Positions 1 through 9,398 of a stretch of 64,000 nt of DNA are shown here, one piece after another (position 1 is the first letter of the stretch; each line of letters opens with the position of its first letter). The stretch covers positions 108,471 through 172,470 of the forward strand of contig CAZPLO010000001.1 of the NCBI GenBank assembly GCA_964587725.1. Direction: 5' to 3'. The notes beneath the pieces were generated by a model. It worked only from the letters and a program-made list of their open reading frames with translations, did not search any database and was not told the DNA's origin. Source of the stretch: an uncultured archaeon. Its GTDB lineage: Archaea; Altiarchaeota; Altiarchaeia; IMC4; SCGC-AAA252-I15. The position numbers were made by a program, and so were the translations under genes.

Positions 1-324
1 AGCAACCGAGCGTATATTGAGGCGGGCGTCGACATACTCGCTCACCCCGGCGCGTTGACTGTTGAGGATGCGGGGTTGGCTGCTGAAAACGCTGTGTTTC
101 TGGAGCTGACTTCCAGGAGGGGGCACATGGAAGGCAACCGGGCGGTTGCGGAGGCTGCGTTGGATGCGGGCGCTTTGCTGTTGGTTGACACAGACGCCCA
201 TTCGCCGGATGATTTGATTACGCAGGAGCAGGCGTACCAGGTTGCTTTGGATGCGGGACTAGACGACAAGGACGCGTTGACGGCTGTTAGAGACAACTGC
301 GACAGACTGTTGGAGCGGCTATAG
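1..324 (+). CDS. PHP-domain (histidinol-phosphate phosphatase-like) protein, 5'-partial
   Basis: Frame is open from base 1 (SNRAYIEAGVDILAHPG...FLELTSRRGH...VDTDAH), with the typical archaeal PHP motifs DILAHPG and DTDAH. Confidence 0.75.
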   Translation, partial: SNRAYIEAGVDILAHPGALTVEDAGLAAENAVFLELTSRRGHMEGNRAVAEAALDAGALLLVDTDAHSPDDLITQEQAYQVALDAGLDDKDALTAVRDNCDRLLERL

Positions 325-1581
325 GCGTTTCTCCACGCTTTTCCTGTGTTCGGTCAGGCCTTCGGTTTCAGCAAGTATAGATATTGTAGTGCCTAACTTT
401 TCCAGTCCTTCCCGGGTTATCTTCTGCACGCTCATGGACTTCAGGTATTCCCTCACCGACAGCTGGCTGCTGAATCGCGCCGCACCGCCGGTGGGGAGCA
501 CGTGGTTTCCGCCCGACGCGTAGTCTCCCGCCGCCACTGGACTGTATGGCCCGATGAATAGTGCGCCAGCATTACGGATTTTCTTAGAGTCCTTCTCCGC
601 GTTCTTCGTCATAATCTCAATGTGTTCGGGGGCGTAGTCGTTCGCGAACGCCAGAGACTCATCCACGGATTTAGTTTTAATTATTGTAAAATTTTCAAGG
701 CTTTTTGAAATTATTTCAATTTTCTTTGAAATTCCGGCTTCCTTTTTCACTTCCTCCGTCACGGAGCCCGTGAGCTCGGCAGAATCCGTAACCAGCACGC
801 ACTGCGCGCTGGGATCGTGCTCCGCCTGCGCAAGCACGTCGGCGGCTATGAACTCCTGGTCGGCCGAGTCGTCCGCGACTATGAGTACTTCACTGGGGCC
901 GGCGGGCATGTCCACGTCCACTGTCCCGTACACGAGCATCTTGGCGACAGTCACGTACTTGTTCCCCGGCCCCACAATCTTGTGAACAGGTTTTATTGAT
1001 TCCGTCCCGTATGCGAGTGCGGCAACCGCTTGGGCGCCGCCCACGGAATATATTTCATCCACACCAGCTATCTTGCACGCTGCCAGAACTGAATCTTTTA
1101 CCTCCGGCGGCGACACCACCACAACCCGTTCCACACCCGCTATCTTGGCCGGGGCCACGGTCATCAACACCGTTGAGGGGTATGCGGCGCGGCCTCCAGG
1201 GACGTAGCAGCCTACGCTCTCCAGGGGCATAATCCGCTCGCCCACCGTCACACCTTCTTCCACCATGTACTCCCACTCGTCTTCCATGCCCTGCAACTGC
1301 ATCTCATGGAAGGATTTGACGTTGGAGTGAGCGTGCTTCAACGCCTTCACCACGGCGTCGTCGGTGCGGGAATATGCCTCCTCCACCTGCTTAGTCGATA
1401 CCTGAAGTTTTTTCAATTCAACGCCGTCGAATTTGAGGGTGTACTCAAACAACGCCCTGTCGCCGCGGGAGCGGACGCCTTCGACTATCTCTTTGACGTC
1501 GTCGAGTATGGCGGCGTAGTCGACGGCCGAACGCTCCAGAACCGGCTTTAAATCGTCTCCGCCGTATTCCAGAACCCTCAT
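319..1581 (-). CDS. hisD: Histidinol dehydrogenase
   Basis: Motifs [49 protein letters not shown] and [13 protein letters not shown]. Confidence 0.97.
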   Translation of the reverse strand: MRVLEYGGDDLKPVLERSAVDYAAILDDVKEIVEGVRSRGDRALFEYTLKFDGVELKKLQVSTKQVEEAYSRTDDAVVKALKHAHSNVKSFHEMQLQGMEDEWEYMVEEGVTVGERIMPLESVGCYVPGGRAAYPSTVLMTVAPAKIAGVERVVVVSPPEVKDSVLAACKIAGVDEIYSVGGAQAVAALAYGTESIKPVHKIVGPGNKYVTVAKMLVYGTVDVDMPAGPSEVLIVADDSADQEFIAADVLAQAEHDPSAQCVLVTDSAELTGSVTEEVKKEAGISKKIEIISKSLENFTIIKTKSVDESLAFANDYAPEHIEIMTKNAEKDSKKIRNAGALFIGPYSPVAAGDYASGGNHVLPTGGAARFSSQLSVREYLKSMSVQKITREGLEKLGTTISILAETEGLTEHRKSVEKRL

Positions 1582-1603
1582 CGAGTAAGTATTCCCCGAC
1601 AGC

Positions 1604-2380
1604 CTATTTAACTCTCACCAGCATGTAAGCGAGGGGGTTGGCCACCGTCACGTACGTGTAGACCACCGCCTGGATAATGCGGAGGACTATGAACAGTACC
1701 ACAGACCCTGCAGACATGGTGCCGGAGACTTCAGTGATAAAAGCAAGCAACAGGGTGGCTGAAACGAGGAACAAGAAAAACAGGTTCAGTTTGAACAGTC
1801 CCCCGGCGTGCGCCAACCCCAGCTGCAGGCTTTTCCTGAAGCTCTCCGAGACGCCTGCCCCGTCCAACACAGCCGACGGTATTATGAAGAACGCGGCCAC
1901 CGAAAAAGCTAGAGCCAAAGCCACAGCAAATGCGGCTGCCAGAAGAGTGAACAACCAATTGCCGGTGACGTACGTCATATACTGTAGGATGCCGGCCGTC
2001 GAAGCCGCCAGCACCAGCGCCGCGAACGCCGCCAGCCCCAAAGCCACAACAACCCTCCAGGCCCGCAGCGCATCCGCCAACGCCTTCCGGAGACTCACCT
2101 TTCCCGTGGAACGGAGGTCGAATACCATGCGCGGATACATGGCGTACGACAGTATGTCAATGAAGTACAGGAGCGGCAGAGCAGACACCAAGAACGCCGA
2201 CTTCCACACGAGTGCTGACACCTCCGCCGGCGACCCCATTGACAGAGACTCAGCCGCCAAACCGACAGCATATAGGGTTAATACGGAGTAGAGTGCCGTG
2301 GTCGCGAGACGGGGGAGGAATATTCGGGGCTCCCCCAGCAGAAGACTGAACGCGCCGGAAAGCACTCTACCGGAGTCCAC
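1604..2380 (-). CDS. Multi-pass membrane protein of unknown function
   Basis: 258-aa ORF with about 6 hydrophobic segments and GC-rich codon usage like the neighbouring genes. Confidence 0.7.
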   Translation of the reverse strand: MDSGRVLSGAFSLLLGEPRIFLPRLATTALYSVLTLYAVGLAAESLSMGSPAEVSALVWKSAFLVSALPLLYFIDILSYAMYPRMVFDLRSTGKVSLRKALADALRAWRVVVALGLAAFAALVLAASTAGILQYMTYVTGNWLFTLLAAAFAVALALAFSVAAFFIIPSAVLDGAGVSESFRKSLQLGLAHAGGLFKLNLFFLFLVSATLLLAFITEVSGTMSAGSVVLFIVLRIIQAVVYTYVTVANPLAYMLVRVK

Positions 2381-2424
2381 ACCAGTGTATTGGGTTTTAT
2401 AAGGTTTTAATCGAATGCGTATAT

Positions 2425-2700
2425 ATGGAACAGGGGGAAACCACCCTCGACCTAGTGTTCGGCATAGGCTTCAAGATAGGCTTCTTGGTGATTATCGTCG
2501 GCCTTCTGATGTTCTACATGCCCTTGATAGACCATACTGTCATGAAGGCGATGGACTACACGGGACTGTGGGACGCGTTCAGAACCCTCCCGGTAGCCAT
2601 AAAAGTCATACTAGCAGGCACTGCTTTAGCGAGTGTCGCCGTAATCATGGCAAGCCTCAAGGTCCTGGTCGAGGACCTGGTCGACGGCCTGCTAGGTTGA
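2425..2700 (+). CDS. Small membrane protein, tandem paralogue 1
   Basis: 91 aa with two hydrophobic helices; shares FGIGFKIGFLV...YMPL with the next ORF. Confidence 0.7.
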   Translation: MEQGETTLDLVFGIGFKIGFLVIIVGLLMFYMPLIDHTVMKAMDYTGLWDAFRTLPVAIKVILAGTALASVAVIMASLKVLVEDLVDGLLG

Positions 2701-2710
2701 GGTGTATAAT

Positions 2711-3010
2711 ATGGGCAGATGGGGGAAAGCATTCAACCTATTGTTTGGGATAGGCTTCAAGATAGGGTTCCTAGTGGCTGTGGTAGGCCTTATCATGACG
2801 TACATGCCGTTGATGGAGGAGGCGGCCAAACCGTTTCTGCAGTACATAAGTTTCTACGAGGTGATGGATTCCAATCCCCTGTGGGTGAGGGTGTTCGCCA
2901 CCGGAGTGATGCTAATGGTCGCGGCAGCCGGAATCTCCGTAGTCAAAGGCTGGGTGGAGGAGATGGCGGACATACTGTTCGTCGAACGGGAGGACTCAAA
3001 ACCCAAATAG
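2711..3010 (+). CDS. Small membrane protein, tandem paralogue 2
   Basis: ATG at 2711 (MGRWGKAF...); shares FGIGFKIGFLV...YMPL with the upstream ORF. Confidence 0.7.
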   Translation: MGRWGKAFNLLFGIGFKIGFLVAVVGLIMTYMPLMEEAAKPFLQYISFYEVMDSNPLWVRVFATGVMLMVAAAGISVVKGWVEEMADILFVEREDSKPK

Positions 3011-3484
3011 TTCACTGTATGTTTCGGTCGTGGCGGCGTCTTTAACCCCTAGTTTATCCAGCAGTTCAAGTATTCTATCGTGGTCTTCTGGGTTTCTGGA
3101 CTCCACCTCCACATACTCGCCTAATCCCTTCACGTCGTCACAGCATACGGTGAGCCCGTCCAGAGCATAGGTTTCCCTGGTCTTCTCTATGGTGAACGCC
3201 TCCCCAAAGCCGAGCCTCTGCAGAAGATTGAATGCGTCCTCCGGCACCGGAAACTCGATTTCCTCCCGCACCTTCAGGTCGGAAGACTGCTTCGGACCCT
3301 TGTATGTGATAAGAAGCCGGTCTGTTCGGCGGAGGCGCAACGCCTCATCCGACTCCTTCAAATCCCTGCAGGGGTGGGTGAAGTACGTGTCCGCATGGTA
3401 TTCGGATTTAACGTGCTCGGCGCCCAACGCCTCAACCTTCTCCAACGCCCCCGAGCAGGGCGCCTTCAACTCCACCTCGAACAT
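2996..3484 (-). CDS. cyaB: CYTH-domain protein (class IV adenylate cyclase, CyaB family)
   Basis: N-terminal EVELK (ExExK), DTYF, ALRLR, ITYKGPK, REEIE, IEKTRETY and LGEYVEVE. Confidence 0.9.
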   Translation of the reverse strand: MFEVELKAPCSGALEKVEALGAEHVKSEYHADTYFTHPCRDLKESDEALRLRRTDRLLITYKGPKQSSDLKVREEIEFPVPEDAFNLLQRLGFGEAFTIEKTRETYALDGLTVCCDDVKGLGEYVEVESRNPEDHDRILELLDKLGVKDAATTETYSELFGF

Positions 3485-4125
3485 TATTTCGCCTTCACGT
3501 TCACGAGAACATGGTCTTCCTCGTACGGGGCGAGGTCGACTTCCTGGAGAACACTGAACCTTTCCTTCAGCCTATCCACCTCCCGTCTGAACACCTTCTT
3601 CGGATCCCGTGAAGAATCTATGCTCCGCGCCTTAATCGACAGCATAGCGTTCTTGAACCGGAAGGTGTCGTGGTTGTTCAACAATATGCCGGCCTGGTCT
3701 GGCTGCGCAACATCCTGTATAAGCACGTCCACTCCCCCGACTGAGCCGTCGTACTCCCAAGGGTGCCGGGCATCCGCCAGCACAGGCACCATATTCCCCT
3801 TATGCCGGCATACTGTGAGGAGCTCCCGCATCATACGTCTGCTGAACTCCACACAATAGACTGTGCCGGCTATGTCGGCTATGTGGCTGGCTGTGGTGCC
3901 GGATGACGCACCCAAGTAGAGCACGGATGATCCCGGTTTCACCGGGAAATCCTTCAACCCCTTCTTAAGGGCGGCGGCGACCTTGCTCCTGTACGGATCC
4001 CATATCCTGTACTCCCCCCCCTTCTGCCGTACAACCTTCTCGCTGTATACGCGGTAGCCGGGGGTGGAGTTTAGCGTAGCCAGTTTTCCTTTCACCAGAT
4101 ACACGCCCGGGAACATCTCCTTCAT
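3484..4125 (-). CDS. flpA: Fibrillarin-like rRNA/tRNA 2'-O-methyltransferase
   Basis: YRIWDPYRSKVAAA, VLYLGASSGTTASH, DVAQPDQA and LAPYEEDH; start moved to the ATG at 4125 (MKEMFPGVY). Confidence 0.95.
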   Translation of the reverse strand: MKEMFPGVYLVKGKLATLNSTPGYRVYSEKVVRQKGGEYRIWDPYRSKVAAALKKGLKDFPVKPGSSVLYLGASSGTTASHIADIAGTVYCVEFSRRMMRELLTVCRHKGNMVPVLADARHPWEYDGSVGGVDVLIQDVAQPDQAGILLNNHDTFRFKNAMLSIKARSIDSSRDPKKVFRREVDRLKERFSVLQEVDLAPYEEDHVLVNVKAK

Positions 4126-4162
4126 GGAGTGTATATATTGTTGGGGGAATAAATAGGTTCTG

Positions 4163-5071
4163 ATGAGGGGGCTGACGTACGCGCTTCTGAGCTGCATGTT
4201 CCTGGGGCTGCAGCCCATATTCAGCAAAGTCCTCCTCAACTACATGCCACCCATCGTGTTGACAGCGTTAACGTCCTCCATTGCCGCTGTGCTGCTTATA
4301 GTAATATTGGAGGTGAAGGACAAGGTCGAGGAGATGGAGGACCTTGGCAAGAGAAGGTTTCTGGCCCTTCTGGCTGTGGGATTAGTAAGCGGCGTCCTCG
4401 CCCAGCTATTGTACGTTACGGGGCTGATGCAGTCCACCGCAACCAATGCGGTGCTGCTGACGAGGATGAATTCGCTGCTGATAGCGCTGATGGGGGTGGT
4501 GTTTCTGAGGGAGAAGTTCACGCCCCATCAGCTGGCAGGCTCCGTGGTCATGGTCGCCGGCGTCGTAATAATCGCCACCAAAAACTTCACCGTCTCCGTG
4601 CAGCCGACCTACGGGGACGGGCTGCTGCTGCTGGCGTCGCTGTGCTGGGCGTCCGCCAACATCATAGTGAAGAAGTATCTGTGCAGCCTGCCACCGGAGG
4701 TCATCGTCATAGGCCGTCACGGATTCGCCGGCCTGGTCTTGCTTATGCTAACCGTCGGCCAGGTACCCGATGTCATGAACCCTGAAGTCCTCGCATACCT
4801 GGCTGGGCTGGCGGTACTGGTCATCGTGGTCGGCCAGTGGCTGTGGTACTACGCCCTCGAGCACGTTGACGTGAGCAGCGTCGGCCTCACCTCCCTGACC
4901 ATACCGTTGTTCGGGGTCGTGTACGCGGTAACCCTTCTGGGGGAGGAACTTCTGCCGTATCAGATGCTCGGAGGCTCTCTGATCATCCTGGGGCTGGCGG
5001 CCATAGAATTCCACTTCACCACGTTGAAGAACATCGAATGCAGGATACGCGGCATCAAACCCCATCACTGA
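4163..5071 (+). CDS. DMT/EamA family transporter
   Basis: About 10 transmembrane segments in two EamA-like repeats (STATNAVLL...REKF; VGLTSLTIPLFGV...LLGEEL). Confidence 0.9.
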   Translation: MRGLTYALLSCMFLGLQPIFSKVLLNYMPPIVLTALTSSIAAVLLIVILEVKDKVEEMEDLGKRRFLALLAVGLVSGVLAQLLYVTGLMQSTATNAVLLTRMNSLLIALMGVVFLREKFTPHQLAGSVVMVAGVVIIATKNFTVSVQPTYGDGLLLLASLCWASANIIVKKYLCSLPPEVIVIGRHGFAGLVLLMLTVGQVPDVMNPEVLAYLAGLAVLVIVVGQWLWYYALEHVDVSSVGLTSLTIPLFGVVYAVTLLGEELLPYQMLGGSLIILGLAAIEFHFTTLKNIECRIRGIKPHH

Positions 5072-6720
5072 CGGAGCATCGACTCCACCCGCTGAAGCGT
5101 GTCCGCTTCCTCGGGGCCCTTGTCTTCGCGCACCCTCACCAGCCGGGGGAAACGCAGCGCATACCCTGACGCATACGTGGGGCTTTTCTGTATCTCCTCG
5201 TACGCGACCTCGAACACATACTTCGGAGTGAACTCCATCACCCGGCCCTCTTGCCGGGTAATCAACGGCTGGAACATGTCTGTGAGCTCCTGCAGTTGCT
5301 GGTCCGTCAGCCCAGTGGCCATCCGCCCGATTTCCAGGAACACTCCGGAGCCGGGGTCGTACACTGAAAGAAGGTAGCTGCCAATCCATTTTGCGCGGCG
5401 GCCCTCCCCCCATGTGCCGCCTGTTACAACGAGGTCGAGTGACTCCATCACCGGCTTCACCTTGTACATGTATCCTACGCGGCTGCCGGGCTGATACGGG
5501 GCGTCCAGGTTCTTAACCATCACCCCCTCATGGCCCATCGCCAACGCCCTGCGGTAGAACTTCTCCGCCTCCTTCACATCTGAGGTTACGAGATTATCCG
5601 CCAGACGGAACCGGCCCGACTCCCTCACGACATCGGACATCAGTTTTCTCCGAGCCCTGAACGTTTCGGAAAGCCTCATCTCGCCGTTGAGGTAGAGCAG
5701 GTCGAACAAATTGACTTCCACCGGAATCTCATCCGCCATCCTCTTGATGTCGTATTTTCTTTTTATCCGCCTGCTAAGGTTCTGGAACGGAAGAGGCTTC
5801 CTGGTTTCCAAGTCGACGGCCACCACCTCACCCTCCAGGACCGCTGACTCCGCCTTCACCGACTCGGACGCCCACTCCACCACCTCCGGAAACTGCCGTG
5901 TGACTTTCTCCAATCGGCGGGTGAATAGCTCGATGACATCGTCTTTCTTGTGTATCTGCAGGCGGGCGCCGTCGTATTTCACCTCGAACTCCGCCTCACC
6001 AAGCTCTTTAAGAGCCTGCTCCAGCCCATCAGCCTTTTGCGCGAGCATCACCTTCACCGGACTCCCCACCTCCACGGCGTACTCCGACAGACCCGGTTCA
6101 CCCTCGCCTTTGGCTGTCAACGCCACGTCACCCCAGTCGGGTCGGAGGTTGTAGGCGTGCTCCACCAGAGAGGATTCGACTTCATATGCCTTAGCGACGG
6201 CGTCGCGTATGGTGCCGTCTCCGACGCCCAGACGCAGCTGCCCCAGTATGAGGCGGACTATGTAACGCGAATCCCGGGGGGACGCGTTCGACAGCAGCTC
6301 CGTCAAATACGCGAGTTTTTTGTCCTGGCTGCCCTTGCCGGTGAGGGACGCCATCCGGCCTATGTTTTCTTTTACCTTCTCAACAGTCAAAGTAGATGAA
6401 ACCAGCGTGGTCTGTGGCTTATTCACCAGTATCTTCTCCGCCACAGAGCCTATGTCGCCGGTCTCCCGTATGAGGTCGTTGACCTCGGATTCCGTGACGC
6501 CGGACACGGATGCGAGGGCCTTCACCATCAGCTTGTCAGCTATCCCCAGCTCCATGCTGCTCCACGGCGGAAACGGCGTGCCGCGCATGAACAACAACAC
6601 AGTAGACAGAATGCCGTCCGGGACCTCCGAAATAAACTCCGCCACCGCGTCGGTCATCTCCAGGCGTCCGGACATGCCATCCAGGCGGGTGTAGACTTCC
6701 GTCAGACGCGAGAACTCCAT
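5065..6720 (-). CDS. lig: ATP-dependent DNA ligase
   Basis: Motif I EVKYDGARLQIH, EGVMVK, YQPGSRVGYMYKVK and ALRFPRLVRVREDK; start at the ATG at 6720 (MEFSRL). Confidence 0.97.
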   Translation of the reverse strand: MEFSRLTEVYTRLDGMSGRLEMTDAVAEFISEVPDGILSTVLLFMRGTPFPPWSSMELGIADKLMVKALASVSGVTESEVNDLIRETGDIGSVAEKILVNKPQTTLVSSTLTVEKVKENIGRMASLTGKGSQDKKLAYLTELLSNASPRDSRYIVRLILGQLRLGVGDGTIRDAVAKAYEVESSLVEHAYNLRPDWGDVALTAKGEGEPGLSEYAVEVGSPVKVMLAQKADGLEQALKELGEAEFEVKYDGARLQIHKKDDVIELFTRRLEKVTRQFPEVVEWASESVKAESAVLEGEVVAVDLETRKPLPFQNLSRRIKRKYDIKRMADEIPVEVNLFDLLYLNGEMRLSETFRARRKLMSDVVRESGRFRLADNLVTSDVKEAEKFYRRALAMGHEGVMVKNLDAPYQPGSRVGYMYKVKPVMESLDLVVTGGTWGEGRRAKWIGSYLLSVYDPGSGVFLEIGRMATGLTDQQLQELTDMFQPLITRQEGRVMEFTPKYVFEVAYEEIQKSPTYASGYALRFPRLVRVREDKGPEEADTLQRVESMLRQ

Positions 6721-6750
6721 CGTAAAATATTTACCACACCATATAGTTAT

Positions 6751-7158
6751 ATGAAGGTTGTGGTTGAGACGCCGAAGTGGAGCCTCAGCAAATACCACCA
6801 CATGGGCGGCGTCTTCGAAGTGGAGTATAAGACTCCGTTTCCGTGCCTGTTCAACTACGGCTACGTGAAACACACCGTCGGCGACGACGGAAGCCCCATG
6901 GACGCGGTGGTGTTAGGAAATAGGGTGTCTCAGGGAACGGAGGTCGAGGCCGTTGAAGCGGGGACGGTGCACTTCATAGACGACGGACTAGTGGACGACA
7001 AAACCGTGGTATCGTCCGACGGCCGGGTGGGGCTGCTGGACATAATCAAGATACACGTTTTCTTCACAGCATACATGGTGTTCAAGACAATACACTACTA
7101 CTTGGATGAGGACCGCCTGGCCCGGTGCAGATACCTGGGGTTCACTCGGGCTCTATGA
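6751..7158 (+). CDS. Family I inorganic pyrophosphatase-like protein (short, divergent active site)
   Basis: VETPKWSLSKY, FNYGY, DGSPMDAVVLG and DDGLVDDK match the PPase fold, but several catalytic positions are substituted. Confidence 0.7.
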   Translation: MKVVVETPKWSLSKYHHMGGVFEVEYKTPFPCLFNYGYVKHTVGDDGSPMDAVVLGNRVSQGTEVEAVEAGTVHFIDDGLVDDKTVVSSDGRVGLLDIIKIHVFFTAYMVFKTIHYYLDEDRLARCRYLGFTRAL

Positions 7159-8665
7159 AGAAGTCCACCATCCGCTGCCACATGCTCCGCCCCTTAGGCG
7201 GGGCGGGGCCGCGCCTCCTGACCGGACGGGGTTTCTGGGCGGGCTCCGGCTGCTTTACCCTACCTTTGTCGTCGTATTTCGGCTTCGCGCCATGCTTGGT
7301 CTCCCTCACCCGTATGTCCACGGTGATGGGCTGCTTCAGCGCCTCCGTCACTATTAAAGCCTGGCCGATGTTCAGCTGCTGAATCTCCTCCTCCATGCCA
7401 GAGGTGAATCCTTCGATACTCTGCCTTATCGCCTTCAAGTCGTTGGGGTTCGTCACCTTCAGTATAATCTGTGTGGTGCATTGGCTCAGCACGTTCTTGT
7501 CTATCCTAGCCGGCCGCTGGCTGACCACGCACAGGTGGAAGCCGAACTTCCGGCCCTCTCCCGCCACGGTCCTCATGATTGTTGAACTCATGACGTCCCC
7601 GAACCCGCGTTCGGGGCAGAAGTTGTGGGACTCCTCCACCAGGTAGAACAGCTCCGGAATCCTCCCCACCGTGCGGAGGTTGAACAATTCCTTGGTGAGG
7701 CGTGCCACCACCAGCTGCTGTATGGCAGGCGGCGTGCCCTTGAGGTTGAGTATGCTGCACTGCCCCTCAGACACCAGCCGCTCATACGGCGTCGGCTTGC
7801 CGTCGAACACCCCAGACTTCTGAAGGTCGGACAGCCCGTCCAGCACCTTCCACTTGAACTTCGTCGGCTCCTCCTCAATCCTCTGTATCAGGTCCTGGAG
7901 GGTGTAGTTGTCGGGCATGTCCTGCAACGCAGTGTACAAAACACTCTTCTGCTTGTCCGTCAAACGGATGGGTATGAGGTCCAACAGCTCCTCCATGGTG
8001 AAGTCCGGCCGCAGCACGAACTTTTTCGCGTGGGGGTTGATTTCCGAGTCCGTGGTGTATTCGACCACCTGGTCGGCGTAGCTGTGCACCTGCACGTTGT
8101 ATTTCAGCATCGCGTCGTATTCGTCGTTTTCCACGCACAAACTGCTGTATTCCCCGTGAGGGTCGATGGCCACTATGGGGAGTTTCTCCTTCATCATCTC
8201 CTCCAACACCACGGCGACGGTGTAGCTTTTACCAGCCCCCGTCTTAGCCAACACGCTCATGTGCTTGCCTATGGCGGACTTGATGTCCAGGTACACGGGT
8301 ATGTCGCTGCCCTCCAAATAGCCCATGTAGAGGCTGTTCTTCCGCCTGCTGCCCAGGCCGAGGACATCCGATATTATTTTCTTGTCGGCGAGAAACACCT
8401 TCTCCGACGGCTTGAACGGCGTCTTAGGGGAATGCACCTGCCCCCCCTCCACGTACCCGATGGTGTGCGCATGGGCCTGGGTCTCGTCCTCGTCGAAGTC
8501 GTCCAAGTAGGTTTTCAGAGAATCTATTCTGGAGAGAACCCACCCGTAGACGGGATGCTTGACCTTGATGAACGTGCCCTTCCCCACCTCCCGGTTGGTG
8601 AGCTTCATGTTGAACTCCGACGTCTTAACGCTCCCCGTCAAAACACCTATTTCCTCGCCGGCCAT
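7142..8665 (-). CDS. HerA/FtsK-like ATPase (DUF87 family)
   Basis: Walker A HMSVLAKTGAGKSYT, IDPHGEY, Walker B VEESHNF, EGRKFG and SQRPARIDKNVLSQC. Confidence 0.9.
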   Translation of the reverse strand: MAGEEIGVLTGSVKTSEFNMKLTNREVGKGTFIKVKHPVYGWVLSRIDSLKTYLDDFDEDETQAHAHTIGYVEGGQVHSPKTPFKPSEKVFLADKKIISDVLGLGSRRKNSLYMGYLEGSDIPVYLDIKSAIGKHMSVLAKTGAGKSYTVAVVLEEMMKEKLPIVAIDPHGEYSSLCVENDEYDAMLKYNVQVHSYADQVVEYTTDSEINPHAKKFVLRPDFTMEELLDLIPIRLTDKQKSVLYTALQDMPDNYTLQDLIQRIEEEPTKFKWKVLDGLSDLQKSGVFDGKPTPYERLVSEGQCSILNLKGTPPAIQQLVVARLTKELFNLRTVGRIPELFYLVEESHNFCPERGFGDVMSSTIMRTVAGEGRKFGFHLCVVSQRPARIDKNVLSQCTTQIILKVTNPNDLKAIRQSIEGFTSGMEEEIQQLNIGQALIVTEALKQPITVDIRVRETKHGAKPKYDDKGRVKQPEPAQKPRPVRRRGPAPPKGRSMWQRMVDFFIEPE

Positions 8666-8693
8666 CGCTTAATTATTGGTTTATACGTAATTA

Positions 8694-9398
8694 ATGGAGA
8701 TGGATTTTCACGTGATACTGGTGGAGCCCCGGTACGACGGCAACATAGGGAGTGTCGCGAGGGCGATGAAGAACTTCGGATTCAAAGACCTTATTTTAGT
8801 GAACCCGCCGGAGATAGGGTCGGAGGGCCGCCGGAACAGCATGCATGCGAGGGATATCCTGGAGAACGCGAGGAGCGTCGACTCCTTCGACGACGTCGTG
8901 GGGGAATATGATTTCCTCGTCGGCACCACCGCACAGGTGGCGGGCGACGGCAACCCCCTCAGGAATCCCGTTTTCCCGGACGGCCTCGCCAACGCCGTCG
9001 AATCCGAGGGTAAAATAGGGCTGTGTTTCGGCCGCGAAGACTACGGACTGTTGAACGACGAAATAGACCGCTGCGACGTCCTCGTAACCATACCCACGAA
9101 CCGGGAGTACCCCACGTTGAACCTCTCCCACGCCGTCTGCGTCATACTGTATGCGCTGAACCGTGAAGCCAACCGGAAGAGGATGAAGCTGAACAAATTC
9201 CGTGAACTCGACGGTGAAAGGAAGCGGGTGATGCTCGAATACTACGACGGAATCGTCGACAGAGTATACGACAGAGACTATGAAAACGGCCTGGCCAAGA
9301 AAACCTTCCGCCACCTAATAGGCAGGGCGTTCATATCAGGCAACGAAGCCCAGACACTCATAGGCCTGCTCCGGCACGTCAGGGAGCGGCTTGGTTAG
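8694..9398 (+). CDS. trmJ: tRNA (cytidine/uridine-2'-O)-methyltransferase, TrmJ/TrmH SPOUT family
   Basis: ILVEPRYDGNIGSVARAMKNFG, FGREDYGLLNDE and YPTLNLSHAV. Confidence 0.9.
   Translation: MEMDFHVILVEPRYDGNIGSVARAMKNFGFKDLILVNPPEIGSEGRRNSMHARDILENARSVDSFDDVVGEYDFLVGTTAQVAGDGNPLRNPVFPDGLANAVESEGKIGLCFGREDYGLLNDEIDRCDVLVTIPTNREYPTLNLSHAVCVILYALNREANRKRMKLNKFRELDGERKRVMLEYYDGIVDRVYDRDYENGLAKKTFRHLIGRAFISGNEAQTLIGLLRHVRERLG

Noticed and set aside
4126-4239. Long N-terminal extensions in the ORF track (fibrillarin, ligase, gmhB, rpl21e, rps27e, GINS, archease)
   Set aside because: They overlap neighbouring genes or promoters; downstream ATG/GTG starts match the family N-termini.
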